In this document: positions 9,083 through 18,081 of the stretch, one piece after another
Numbering within the stretch: the first letter of the stretch is position 1
Layout: the number at the start of each line of letters is the position of its first letter
IMG/VR virus record: IMGVR_UViG_3300043409_001877
Location: 1 to 64,000 of that record
Origin: a virus
Length of the DNA stretch: 64,000 bases
Reading direction: 5' to 3' (one strand)
The notes under the pieces: model-generated
Databases searched by the model: none
What the model was told of the DNA's origin: nothing
The model's input: the letters and a program-made list of their open reading frames with translations, nothing else
Translations under genes and position numbers: made by a program

Positions 9083-9490
9083 TTACAATAAAAGGATTAT
9101 GGTTAGAATAAATAACCCACCGCTACTAATATAAGCTATATTCCTTTGTCTTCTATAAGTTTTTGAGTTATGTTTAAGATCTGAAATTTGATTATCTTTT
9201 TCAGTTATAACTTGGTCTTTTATGTTAATTACCGCATCTTTTTCAGTGATAATACCTTTATGTTCAGTTATAATAGTATCTTTTTCTAAACCCTGTTTTA
9301 CTAATATATGTACACTATCTCTAGTAACACCAATTTCAGCTTTTAATAATTCGTTATCTGATTTAAGTATTAAAGCTTTTTTTAATGCTGCGCATGGAAC
9401 ACAGCAAATTGTATCATTTAAAAGCGTTTGCGAATTCGCTTGAGATGTCCCTATTAGACAAAGAATTAATACGATTAATATCTGTTTCAT
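9083..9490 (-). CDS. Exported coiled-coil protein with C-terminal membrane anchor (spanin-like partner?)
   Basis: Signal peptide ending ANS|Q, heptad-rich middle, hydrophobic C-terminus; overlaps the upstream gene by 77 nt. Confidence 0.55.
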   Translation of the reverse strand: MKQILIVLILCLIGTSQANSQTLLNDTICCVPCAALKKALILKSDNELLKAEIGVTRDSVHILVKQGLEKDTIITEHKGIITEKDAVINIKDQVITEKDNQISDLKHNSKTYRRQRNIAYISSGGLFILTIILLL

Positions 9491-9767
9491 GAGCTTTTTT
9501 TTCTTTATTTAGTTTATTTTTTAAATCACTTAATTGATTATTATATTCAATAATCTTAGCGGTTCTTTCGTTGATAGACTTATTTAATGAATCTATTTTA
9601 ACATCATGTTGATGCACAACCGAATTTAAAGAATCAATCGTTTTTTCGTAATGTGATGTATCAATTATACCTATGTTACTTTTGCTAAAAACAAAATATA
9701 TCATCACACTTGTAATTAGTACGATAATCAATAATATTAAGTTTTTATTCATTAAGTTTTTATTCAT
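9414..9767 (-). CDS. N-terminally anchored coiled-coil protein (i-spanin-like)
   Basis: One N-terminal TM helix then a coiled coil; near the amidase-fold gene. Confidence 0.55.
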   Translation of the reverse strand: MNKNLMNKNLILLIIVLITSVMIYFVFSKSNIGIIDTSHYEKTIDSLNSVVHQHDVKIDSLNKSINERTAKIIEYNNQLSDLKNKLNKEKKAHETDINRINSLSNRDISSEFANAFK

Positions 9768-9769
9768 TT

Positions 9770-10291
9770 TTATTGGATATTTCCTTGTGTTGCTGATATA
9801 AGTTTATTACGACCTATTTGGTTATCATTATATGATTTTGTTATTGTTTGTAATAAATTAATAATATCAACATCCAACCCAATTGTACCAGAAATAACAT
9901 CCATTTGTGGATTTTCTTCATCAGTATCAAATTTTATACTTTTAATAGCATCAATACCAGGGTTTTTAATTGTTTCTGTTGTCATTATGATTCTACTATC
10001 CTCAATAAAAATTGAAACTATGTCTAATAATAATCCAGTGGCTTTTAAAAACTCTCCAATAGATGTTATAATTGTTGTTTTAACAGCGTCATCAAGCTTT
10101 TCTTGTGTTTTTAAAAAACCAACAGTATTAATACCATCGAATGTTACTTTTTCACCTTCTTTAGCTTGTTCCTGATTTTCAGTTTCCTCAGGATTAACCA
10201 TAACACCATCGTTATTATTTGTAATAGCTTCTTCGGTTATCATTCTAACCTTTGATAACATGTTTCTTATTTGATCGTATTCGTTTATCAT
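9770..10291 (-). CDS. Hypothetical protein, putative head-internal protein
   Basis: MINE...MITEE motifs. Confidence 0.6.
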   Translation of the reverse strand: MINEYDQIRNMLSKVRMITEEAITNNNDGVMVNPEETENQEQAKEGEKVTFDGINTVGFLKTQEKLDDAVKTTIITSIGEFLKATGLLLDIVSIFIEDSRIIMTTETIKNPGIDAIKSIKFDTDEENPQMDVISGTIGLDVDIINLLQTITKSYNDNQIGRNKLISATQGNIQ

Positions 10292-10292
10292 T

Positions 10293-10901
10293 TTATTTAT
10301 TTATTATTTCTGTTAATTTTTCGAAGTTAAATGCTGGTGTTAAATCATAGTGATTTTTACTGAAATTACTCCTGTTTAGAATACCCTTATAATTAATTGG
10401 TTTATGGGTTGTTACATTATCACCAATAAAATTTTTATTAATAGAATACTCTAAACATAAATAGTCTATTAATTCAGTTAGTGTCAAAAATTGTTCTTCA
10501 GTATATTGTGCCCAATGTTTTTTAGATCTCCATAATTTTTCAATGATTGGTTCATCATATATAGCACCTTTCCAGTCTATATAGGCGTTAGATTCTTCAT
10601 TATATTGTAACCACCCAATATTTTCTAGGGCTATTACAATAGATTGTTTATCAAAATCTTGATTATCAAGTACTTGAGATGTGTTTATAGGGTCATAATG
10701 TTGGTATATAGCGCCAGAACGGGCTATTGTAAATGCTGGTATTTTCTTGTATTGTTTATTATAACGTAAATTAATACGAGTTATATAATCATCAATAGAA
10801 CAGCCTGTGTTAATTAAAACTATTTGTTTTTTCTTAGTTCTATTTTTTTGTATATGCTTGTGGGTATCAAAAAAATGTTCTTTATTTAGTTTCTCCTTCA
10901 T
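10293..10901 (-). CDS. Amidase_2 (N-acetylmuramoyl-L-alanine amidase) fold protein, Zn ligands apparently lost
   Basis: KKQIVLINT, FTIARSGAIYQ, SIVIALEN, YTEEQ..L.ELI..LC, GILNRSN...DLTP pattern. Confidence 0.7.
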   Translation of the reverse strand: MKEKLNKEHFFDTHKHIQKNRTKKKQIVLINTGCSIDDYITRINLRYNKQYKKIPAFTIARSGAIYQHYDPINTSQVLDNQDFDKQSIVIALENIGWLQYNEESNAYIDWKGAIYDEPIIEKLWRSKKHWAQYTEEQFLTLTELIDYLCLEYSINKNFIGDNVTTHKPINYKGILNRSNFSKNHYDLTPAFNFEKLTEIINK

Positions 10902-10991
10902 TAAACACCTTTATTTTATTTAAAAAATTTATTGTAGGTGCTGACTTATCTTCTAAACGTCTTTCGCTACCAATATTATAATTGGTTGCTG

Positions 10992-11597
10992 TTATAACTT
11001 TTTTTTTTCGATCTCAGGTTCTACTACCTCAACCACTGGTTCTTCAATTACCTGAGTAACAGCATCAGTAATCTGATCATGTACGGTATCATGTACGGTA
11101 TCATGTACGGTATCATGTACGGTATCATGTACGGTATCTACACCCTCATTTACTACCTCATCTGGTTTAACGTAATCAACTAATGATTTAATAAAACCTA
11201 ACGCAACCAATGGTAAAATAGCTCCAGACACAATTGATAATATTCTTTTTTGTTCAATAATCTCACTATCAACCAATCCAAATAATTCAACCCAGGCTTG
11301 GTAATCAACTAAATGAACATACGCAAAATAAGCATTACCCATGGCTTGCATGGCTGTTAATGTAAAAAATAAAGTCCAAACAATACCTTTGTTCATCTTT
11401 CTTAACGCAATAATAGAAGCTAAGGATGCTGCGGCTCCAATTTCAAAAGCAATTGCTAATGTAATTGCTAACCATTCTGGGTTAGATAATTTAAAAAAAT
11501 CGATTACGTGAATTGTCGATATAATGGATACCATTATATATAACGTAACGAATGTACCGATTATAAAATTTTTTGTTAGATTGTTTTCTTTTTGCAT
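10992..11597 (-). CDS. Four-helix membrane protein with tandem DTVH repeat and acidic tail
   Basis: Four hydrophobic segments in the first ~140 aa; ends at an A10G slippery-type run. Confidence 0.75.
   Translation of the reverse strand: MQKENNLTKNFIIGTFVTLYIMVSIISTIHVIDFFKLSNPEWLAITLAIAFEIGAAASLASIIALRKMNKGIVWTLFFTLTAMQAMGNAYFAYVHLVDYQAWVELFGLVDSEIIEQKRILSIVSGAILPLVALGFIKSLVDYVKPDEVVNEGVDTVHDTVHDTVHDTVHDTVHDQITDAVTQVIEEPVVEVVEPEIEKKKL
11076..11138. repeat. 12-bp tandem repeat (ATCATGTACGGT)x5 encoding (DTVH)5
   Basis: Five perfect copies plus a partial ATC. Confidence 0.95.
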
Positions 11598-11608
11598 ATT
11601 ATTTTTTT

Positions 11609-12409
11609 TTAAGAAATGTAACAGTTTAATTCATATTTTTCACGCATACCATAGATTTGTATTTGTAAAGCTTTTTTAATTTCAACACCATCCTTAAATA
11701 AGGTAATTGTAAATCTATTTGTAACACCTTCATCTGGTTTTCTAGGCCCTAAACCTATTTTAGTGGCAGCTTCATCATCGCTATATGTATAACCATTTAT
11801 TTCAGCATAATCTAAAGCAGCATTTACCGCACCAGTATAACTGTCATGGTAAACCTCATATTTGTTTTTATTACCTTTATATTCTTTAAGAATGTTAATT
11901 TTTTCTTCAGTTAATTGTGCTTCATTAATATGTTTAATTCTTTGACCAACTTTTACATATTCACCTATATTTTCTGATCCTTTTAAGGAGTCTCCAATAA
12001 ATTCTAATAATTTTAAAGCACTATCAGATAGTTTATTTGTAGTTTGATTATCACGTTTTGCTTCGCAATATTTCATTAATTCTTTTTTTACTGCTATGTA
12101 TTTTATAACATCACCATTTTTATCTTCAACTGATTTCCTCATATTATCTGAGTATTTATCCACATATCCTAAAACAGCACTATAAAAATCAGGATTATTT
12201 TTTTCAATTTTTGTAGAAAATTCAGTTGGTGGTTTATTAGGTACTGTATTCGCTTTAGTAGGTACACTAAACATAGTTGATAAGGTAAGAGCGGTAGCAG
12301 CGGCTAATGATTTCCCTAATCCTTCTTCAGTTACTTGTGCTTCATCAACTTGTTTAATTCTAGCGTCAATCTGAGCTAAAAGATTATTTAGTTTATTAAT
12401 ATTATCCAT
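11609..12409 (-). CDS. Putative head-internal protein with internal hydrophobic segment
   Basis: Duplicated EAQ(V/L)TEE motifs; GLGKSLAAATALTLS follows the first. Confidence 0.6.
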   Translation of the reverse strand: MDNINKLNNLLAQIDARIKQVDEAQVTEEGLGKSLAAATALTLSTMFSVPTKANTVPNKPPTEFSTKIEKNNPDFYSAVLGYVDKYSDNMRKSVEDKNGDVIKYIAVKKELMKYCEAKRDNQTTNKLSDSALKLLEFIGDSLKGSENIGEYVKVGQRIKHINEAQLTEEKINILKEYKGNKNKYEVYHDSYTGAVNAALDYAEINGYTYSDDEAATKIGLGPRKPDEGVTNRFTITLFKDGVEIKKALQIQIYGMREKYELNCYIS

Positions 12410-13900
12410 TTAAATGATTGTTTTTTTAAATTCAGTTATTATGTTGTTTATTTCAGCTAACGACTCATTTATTTCAGTAGCTGTGCTATCAATAGATGGT
12501 GCATATTTTTCAATTTGTTGAATAATAAACATAGATGTTTCTCTAATTACTTTTTGGAATTTTTTAACTTTATCTTTATTTTGTTTCCATAAAGCAAGGT
12601 AAGTAATTGAATGTTCAATAGGAAAATCATAAGTTTTCATTACAGTATAAGCAACTGATTCAGCGTGTAATTCTTTTTCTTCTGATGAATACTCTCTACC
12701 AATAAATAATTTACCATTTTTTAAACCTTTATTAGCTGGTTGATGTAAAATTTCGTGAGCAATTTCGTGTACAAACGTAGATAATAGTCCAGCGCCAACA
12801 CTACTACTCAATAATTCAATATGACCACCTTTACTAACACCCCTAGCACCATCCAAATCATCTGATTGTTTAATCTTAATACCATTATCCTCACAAAACG
12901 CTTTTAAAGCCTCTATCATGATCTTAGATTTTTCATCCTCAGTATCATCATCATTAAACCATTTTGGTGGCTCAGGTGCGTTAATTTGCTCAACACCAGC
13001 TATTGGTTGTACGTTTAAGTTATCATAAATGGCAACCTCGTTAAAGTTACTTGTTGATTTCATTTTAACATAACCCTTTTTAAGAGCCCAATTCCAAAAT
13101 GCGTTGTATTTTTCTTTTGGGATTGGGTTACTTCTATCAACAATTTTAAATCCACTTTCAGCTGAGTATTGATCTGGTGATTTAGGATAGTCTTTAATAA
13201 TTCTAGCAACATTACCCGATAATGAACCAGTGTTACCTGGTTTTAAAATTAAAATCTTTTTAGGGTTTTCTACTGGTTCAAAACCTCTACCTAACCAATA
13301 CGGTACAGAACCAAATTCTTTAGCTCCTTTAGAAGCTTGTAACCAAATCATGAATGTATTAAAAAAGCTATACGAATACTTACCAGTATCTAAAATATAA
13401 GATTTAGCCGCTCTATTAAAATCAGCAATATCATCTAATAATTTACTATCATCTAAACTATCAGCTAATTGATCTATATAACTATCAACTAAGTCTAATG
13501 TAATTTTACCTGATTTGGATTTAACAAAATCTAACGTACCTTTAACAACTTCAATAAACTCTTTAGCTTTAATTAACTCTTCGATATCAGTAAACGAACC
13601 AATTTCTTTGTGAGTTTCACTAGACCCTAATAATTCATTCGCAGCTTTAACTGCATCGTTAGCTTTTTTAGCTATTTCGTCAGCACTTTTAAAACGATCG
13701 TTCCAGAACCAATGCTTTTCTTGGCTATCCCAAGCAGCACCGAATTTCTTCATGATATCTTTAGTTTTGAAAGTTTCATTACCAGCTTCTTTAGGATCTG
13801 GATTATCTGAAACAACAACAATTCTTTTTTGACCGTATCTATCAGTTGTACTCTTTACATTAATAGCTTCGTCTGTCGTTGATTGGATTACTTTAAACAT
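12410..13900 (-). CDS. ArdC-like ssDNA-binding domain plus zincin metallopeptidase (antirestriction/polyvalent-type protein)
   Basis: YSFFNTFMIWLQ and W...G (ArdC-N-like); HEIAHEILH and ELHAESVAY (HExxH peptidase); N-terminal KFGAAWD...W module. Confidence 0.75.
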   Translation of the reverse strand: MFKVIQSTTDEAINVKSTTDRYGQKRIVVVSDNPDPKEAGNETFKTKDIMKKFGAAWDSQEKHWFWNDRFKSADEIAKKANDAVKAANELLGSSETHKEIGSFTDIEELIKAKEFIEVVKGTLDFVKSKSGKITLDLVDSYIDQLADSLDDSKLLDDIADFNRAAKSYILDTGKYSYSFFNTFMIWLQASKGAKEFGSVPYWLGRGFEPVENPKKILILKPGNTGSLSGNVARIIKDYPKSPDQYSAESGFKIVDRSNPIPKEKYNAFWNWALKKGYVKMKSTSNFNEVAIYDNLNVQPIAGVEQINAPEPPKWFNDDDTEDEKSKIMIEALKAFCEDNGIKIKQSDDLDGARGVSKGGHIELLSSSVGAGLLSTFVHEIAHEILHQPANKGLKNGKLFIGREYSSEEKELHAESVAYTVMKTYDFPIEHSITYLALWKQNKDKVKKFQKVIRETSMFIIQQIEKYAPSIDSTATEINESLAEINNIITEFKKTII

Positions 13901-13903
13901 TTT

Positions 13904-14248
13904 TTACTTAGTTTCTAGGGCTTTTATCTTATTTTCTAAATCCACTTTTTTAGGGATAATGTGTTGATTCTGAAATTCCATCATTTGAGCCTGTCTATTT
14001 AATTTAGACATCTCATTATTAATTTTATCATATACATCATATTCTGATTTATATTCAATCAACTGGATATTCTTATCGGTTAAGACTAATTCAGATAAAC
14101 TATCGGATTTAACCTCTAGTTTATTACGTTCTTTTGTTAATTTTTTAATACTACCGTTTTTATTACATGTTTGTAATAGCATAACTAATAATAGCACTAT
14201 AAATGCAATTAAACCGTGTTTACTAAAAAAAGTTTTAATTTTTTCCAT
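13904..14248 (-). CDS. Membrane-anchored or lipoprotein-like coiled-coil protein
   Basis: Hydrophobic N-terminus ending LLQTC, helical remainder; TATTTAT upstream (14278-14272). Confidence 0.55.
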   Translation of the reverse strand: MEKIKTFFSKHGLIAFIVLLLVMLLQTCNKNGSIKKLTKERNKLEVKSDSLSELVLTDKNIQLIEYKSEYDVYDKINNEMSKLNRQAQMMEFQNQHIIPKKVDLENKIKALETK

Positions 14249-14287
14249 ATTTTACAAAATTTAGGTTATTAATAAATATTTGGGTTT

Positions 14288-15076
14288 TTATAATAGTTCA
14301 AACAATTCAGTAGAATAAAACCTTAATTTTTTAATGGCTTTCTCTTTAATTTGCCTTACACGCTCCTTTGTAAGCTCAAGATCCTCTGAAATGTCTTGTA
14401 GAGTAAGACAATCACCATCTAACCCATAATATTTTTTAACAACATATTGTTCGTAATTGGTTAGATTACCTAGTATTTTATTTAATTGATTGTTTAAAAT
14501 TTCTTTATCATCAGCAAAAGTTAGGTCAGCTCTAACCGCTGAATTGTCAGCTATTATATCATGGTATGAATTACCATCATCATCAATTGGATCATCTAAT
14601 CGATTAATTTTTGGCAGCCCAACTATGTTTTTAGGCATATCATCCGAAATCTCTTTTTGAGGCTCTTTATTATGTTTATAGATATCATTTATAACATTAA
14701 CAGGTAAACGAATAGTTCTGGAGTGCTCATTTAATGATTGTATCATGCTTTGTTTTACCCACCAAATAGCGTATGATAGGAATTTAACCTCAGTTTGTTC
14801 ATAATTATACTTCTCAGCGGCTTTTAATAGACCGTAATTACCCTCAGATATTAAATCTGACAAAGAAACTCCTTGATTAAGGTATTGTTTTGCCACAGTA
14901 ATGACATATCTCAAATTAGAATAAATCAACAAATCTTTAGACTTTTGACACCCTTCTTTAATTTTATTAATAACCATGCGTTCTTCTTCCCTTGTTAGTA
15001 CGTTATACTTCTTAACATCTAATAAGTAAGAATGGATTTCATTTTGGTCAATCCAGTGTGAGGTGTTTTTAGCCAT
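14288..15076 (-). CDS. Phage-encoded RNA polymerase sigma-70 factor (RpoD-like, no region 1.1)
   Basis: YL.DV..Y..LTREEE (1.2), SNLRYV, DLISEGNYGL, KFLSYAIWW, SRTIRLP, LTKERVRQIKEKAIKKLR (4.2). Confidence 0.92.
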   Translation of the reverse strand: MAKNTSHWIDQNEIHSYLLDVKKYNVLTREEERMVINKIKEGCQKSKDLLIYSNLRYVITVAKQYLNQGVSLSDLISEGNYGLLKAAEKYNYEQTEVKFLSYAIWWVKQSMIQSLNEHSRTIRLPVNVINDIYKHNKEPQKEISDDMPKNIVGLPKINRLDDPIDDDGNSYHDIIADNSAVRADLTFADDKEILNNQLNKILGNLTNYEQYVVKKYYGLDGDCLTLQDISEDLELTKERVRQIKEKAIKKLRFYSTELFELL

Positions 15077-15692
15077 TTTTTGTATATTTTTTTAATATTA
15101 ATTCTTCTTCTTTTGTTAAACTTTTAATCCCAAAATCTTTTATCTTTTCAAGTATGGGGTCAATATCATCCATTGTTAATATTTGGTTGGTATTTTTTAT
15201 TATAGACGGTTCGTCATCCATAATTTGACCACTCTCTAATTGTTGTGTTAACATATCAATAAACTCTTGACGCATCTTACTGATTATATCTATAAATCCT
15301 TGAACTTTATTTAATGATGAATCGATACTTTTTATAGTTGTTGATTTATCATATAAATGTTTATAATGCGCATCACCTAACGTTTTAACATAGTTATTAT
15401 TGTTAACCTCAAATAATAAAAAACTATCCATATACCCATCATAAACACGATTAAGTATTTGTTGAATTTCTTTTATTTTTTTAAGAGAATCAAATCTAAC
15501 AACAATACACGCTGATCCAATACTATATTTTAATAATGAATTAGAATCTAATATAGCTTTAAACCCATGCTTAAAATTATCTGGGTATCTACCCAAAAAT
15601 AAAATAATATACTCTCTCCTTTTCGGTGAAAATATTTTTTTTACGTTAATGTAAATATTATATCTGATATAAAAAAATAAATTACTAAACAT
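15069..15692 (-). CDS. Hypothetical protein with C-terminal DUF6576-like helix pair
   Basis: IDPILEKIKDFGIKSLTKEEELIL. Confidence 0.55.
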   Translation of the reverse strand: MFSNLFFYIRYNIYINVKKIFSPKRREYIILFLGRYPDNFKHGFKAILDSNSLLKYSIGSACIVVRFDSLKKIKEIQQILNRVYDGYMDSFLLFEVNNNNYVKTLGDAHYKHLYDKSTTIKSIDSSLNKVQGFIDIISKMRQEFIDMLTQQLESGQIMDDEPSIIKNTNQILTMDDIDPILEKIKDFGIKSLTKEEELILKKYTKNG

Positions 15693-15696
15693 ATTA

Positions 15697-18081
15697 TTAG
15701 TTTTCGATTACGGTTGATATATTTTCTTCTTTTCTAACCTTAACCGAATGATCAGCCCAATCTTGAATGAGAGGGTTATGACTAATGATCCAAATATGTT
15801 CAAAAAATTGTTTTAATTTATCAAAAAATAATCCAATCTTATCTAAATTCTCATTGGACACCTTTCCAGTAATTTCATCAAAAACAATAATGTTTGGTTT
15901 TGGTAATGAACAAATTTTACTAAGCACACAACGTAAAGCTAAGGAACTAACGGTTTTTTCATAACCAGAACCAGCACTTAAAGGTTTTTCAACTGATGTT
16001 TCATGGTCAACCATCCAAAACTCAACCTCACTTTTTTCGTTCATTCTAATTTCTAATACAAAATCAGAAGTGTCGGATAATAATATTTTAAGATGGCTAT
16101 TAATTAACGGTATCATAGTACCTAAAACCATTTTAGAAATACCGTTTTTACCATAAACTTCTAAATACACTTTAAAAATATTATCGATTAACTCTTCATT
16201 TTTTAATTCTTTAAGCAAACCATTAAATTCAGAAATCTTACTATTAGATAGTTCAATATCCTTTTCAATACTTCTAATTTGTAAAGCTATAGTATCTTTT
16301 TGTTCAGTTAAATTGTCAATCTTGTATTTTACTTTTTGGATATCTGTATCAGTTATTTTATTTTTTTCAACCATATCTTTAACCTTACGGTATTGGTTTA
16401 ATTTATCATTACCACGATTCAAACTATCGTTATAATTTTTTAAATCCATAGCGGCTCTATCAGCTAATAATATATTCTTGTTATAGGCATCCCAAGCATC
16501 TTTTATACCATCAAAATGATTTATTTTTTTAGTAACGGATATCACATCTAACTTTGAACTTTCCCAAGCTTTTAATTTAATATCCTTTAACTTTTCACTA
16601 TTTTCAATTTCTTTAGTATGGTCAACATCAGCCAAAGGTCTTTTACATGTTTGACATATTTCACTATTCTTTAAATTAAATATTTGTTGTTCAAGTGTTC
16701 CAACCTCAACTTTTAAAGAGATTTCAGATTCGGTATATTCCCTTAACTCACCTTTTAGAATACCATAAGCATCAATATCATACTGTTCTTTTGGTTCTGG
16801 TACTTGCTCAATAATTTTTTTAACTTCTTCAGCTTTTTGATCGATTAGTTTTTGAACTTTATCAATACCATTTTGAATAGTGTACTCATCTAATTTGTAT
16901 AACTCACTATCAATATCGTTATATCGTGTTTTAAACAAATCATCCTTTTGCGTGTTATGATTTTCAATGTCTTTTTTAACCAAATCAAGCGATGATTGTT
17001 GTGATGTAATCATACGATCATTTTCAACTATCTTATCATTTTCAACTTCAATTTTAGCTAAAATATCCTGACTATTATTATGGTATAATTTTGATTTTTC
17101 TTTCCACTCCGTGTGTTTCTTTTTAGCTATTTTTTCTTTCTCACGGAAAAACTCAAGACCAATAAATCTGGTTAATATTCTACCACGCTCTGTTGGTTTG
17201 GTTTTAATAAGATCATCTAAGTTATCACCAGTTGTTAAAATTGTGATTAAAAAATCATCGTAGGTTCCAACATATGTCTTAATCAATTCATCAGTAAACT
17301 TTCTTTGTTCGCCATTTAATTGTTTAATACCACCTCTTGGTAAAACTTGATAGAAATCAACTTCATTCTTACAAGCATAAGCACCATCTCTACCAGCTTT
17401 TCTATTGATACTGCGTTTAATTATATAATTATCCCCCTCAATCTCAACTTTACCTTTAACTTCAACAGTGTCTTTATCACTAAATCTGTTAAACACCTCT
17501 TCATTCTTTTCTGTTTTGGTTGTAGTACCAAAAAATAAAAATAATAATAAATCAACTGTTAATGTTGTTTTACCACCATAGTTTGGTGGATCTGATATTA
17601 CTGAAGTTATACCGTGTTTATCATCAAATATAATTTTATTATCATCACCAAATGATAGAAAATTTGAAAATTCAATCTCTTTAATCTTAAAGGTTTTATA
17701 ACGATTAGTTTGTTCCTTGTAATTTTCTAATTCAACATTAACTGTTGAATCTAATTTCATTAAATGTGGTAACGCTATGGTGATATCATTATCTTTAATA
17801 TACCTTTCAATAAGGGCTTTTTGATAATTTTCATCTAATACCAATTCTGAAGCATCGGCTGTACCTTCAACCACAACGTCAGAATTCTTACTTGTAATAG
17901 GTTTAAAAATAACTTTAACCTTTGATGTTTTGTATTTATTTTGGAAATATTTTTCAACTTGTTTTTCTTTAATTGTAGAATGATTATCTAAAGTATCTTC
18001 CCAGATTACTTTAATATAATTATTGCTATCATAAATTTCTTCATCTTTTAGTTTAGATGTTGTCGTATACTTTGTAGTCAT
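15697..18081 (-). CDS. SbcC/Rad50 (T4 gp46-like) recombination ATPase
   Basis: FSNFLSFG, Walker A NYGGKTT, coiled coil with CQTC zinc hook, SGYEK signature, Walker B IVFDE, IISH. Confidence 0.9.
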   Translation of the reverse strand: MTTKYTTTSKLKDEEIYDSNNYIKVIWEDTLDNHSTIKEKQVEKYFQNKYKTSKVKVIFKPITSKNSDVVVEGTADASELVLDENYQKALIERYIKDNDITIALPHLMKLDSTVNVELENYKEQTNRYKTFKIKEIEFSNFLSFGDDNKIIFDDKHGITSVISDPPNYGGKTTLTVDLLLFLFFGTTTKTEKNEEVFNRFSDKDTVEVKGKVEIEGDNYIIKRSINRKAGRDGAYACKNEVDFYQVLPRGGIKQLNGEQRKFTDELIKTYVGTYDDFLITILTTGDNLDDLIKTKPTERGRILTRFIGLEFFREKEKIAKKKHTEWKEKSKLYHNNSQDILAKIEVENDKIVENDRMITSQQSSLDLVKKDIENHNTQKDDLFKTRYNDIDSELYKLDEYTIQNGIDKVQKLIDQKAEEVKKIIEQVPEPKEQYDIDAYGILKGELREYTESEISLKVEVGTLEQQIFNLKNSEICQTCKRPLADVDHTKEIENSEKLKDIKLKAWESSKLDVISVTKKINHFDGIKDAWDAYNKNILLADRAAMDLKNYNDSLNRGNDKLNQYRKVKDMVEKNKITDTDIQKVKYKIDNLTEQKDTIALQIRSIEKDIELSNSKISEFNGLLKELKNEELIDNIFKVYLEVYGKNGISKMVLGTMIPLINSHLKILLSDTSDFVLEIRMNEKSEVEFWMVDHETSVEKPLSAGSGYEKTVSSLALRCVLSKICSLPKPNIIVFDEITGKVSNENLDKIGLFFDKLKQFFEHIWIISHNPLIQDWADHSVKVRKEENISTVIEN

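Noticed and set aside
11076-11138. Repeat as a possible CRISPR array
   Set aside because: Direct tandem 12-mers with no spacers, in frame inside a CDS.
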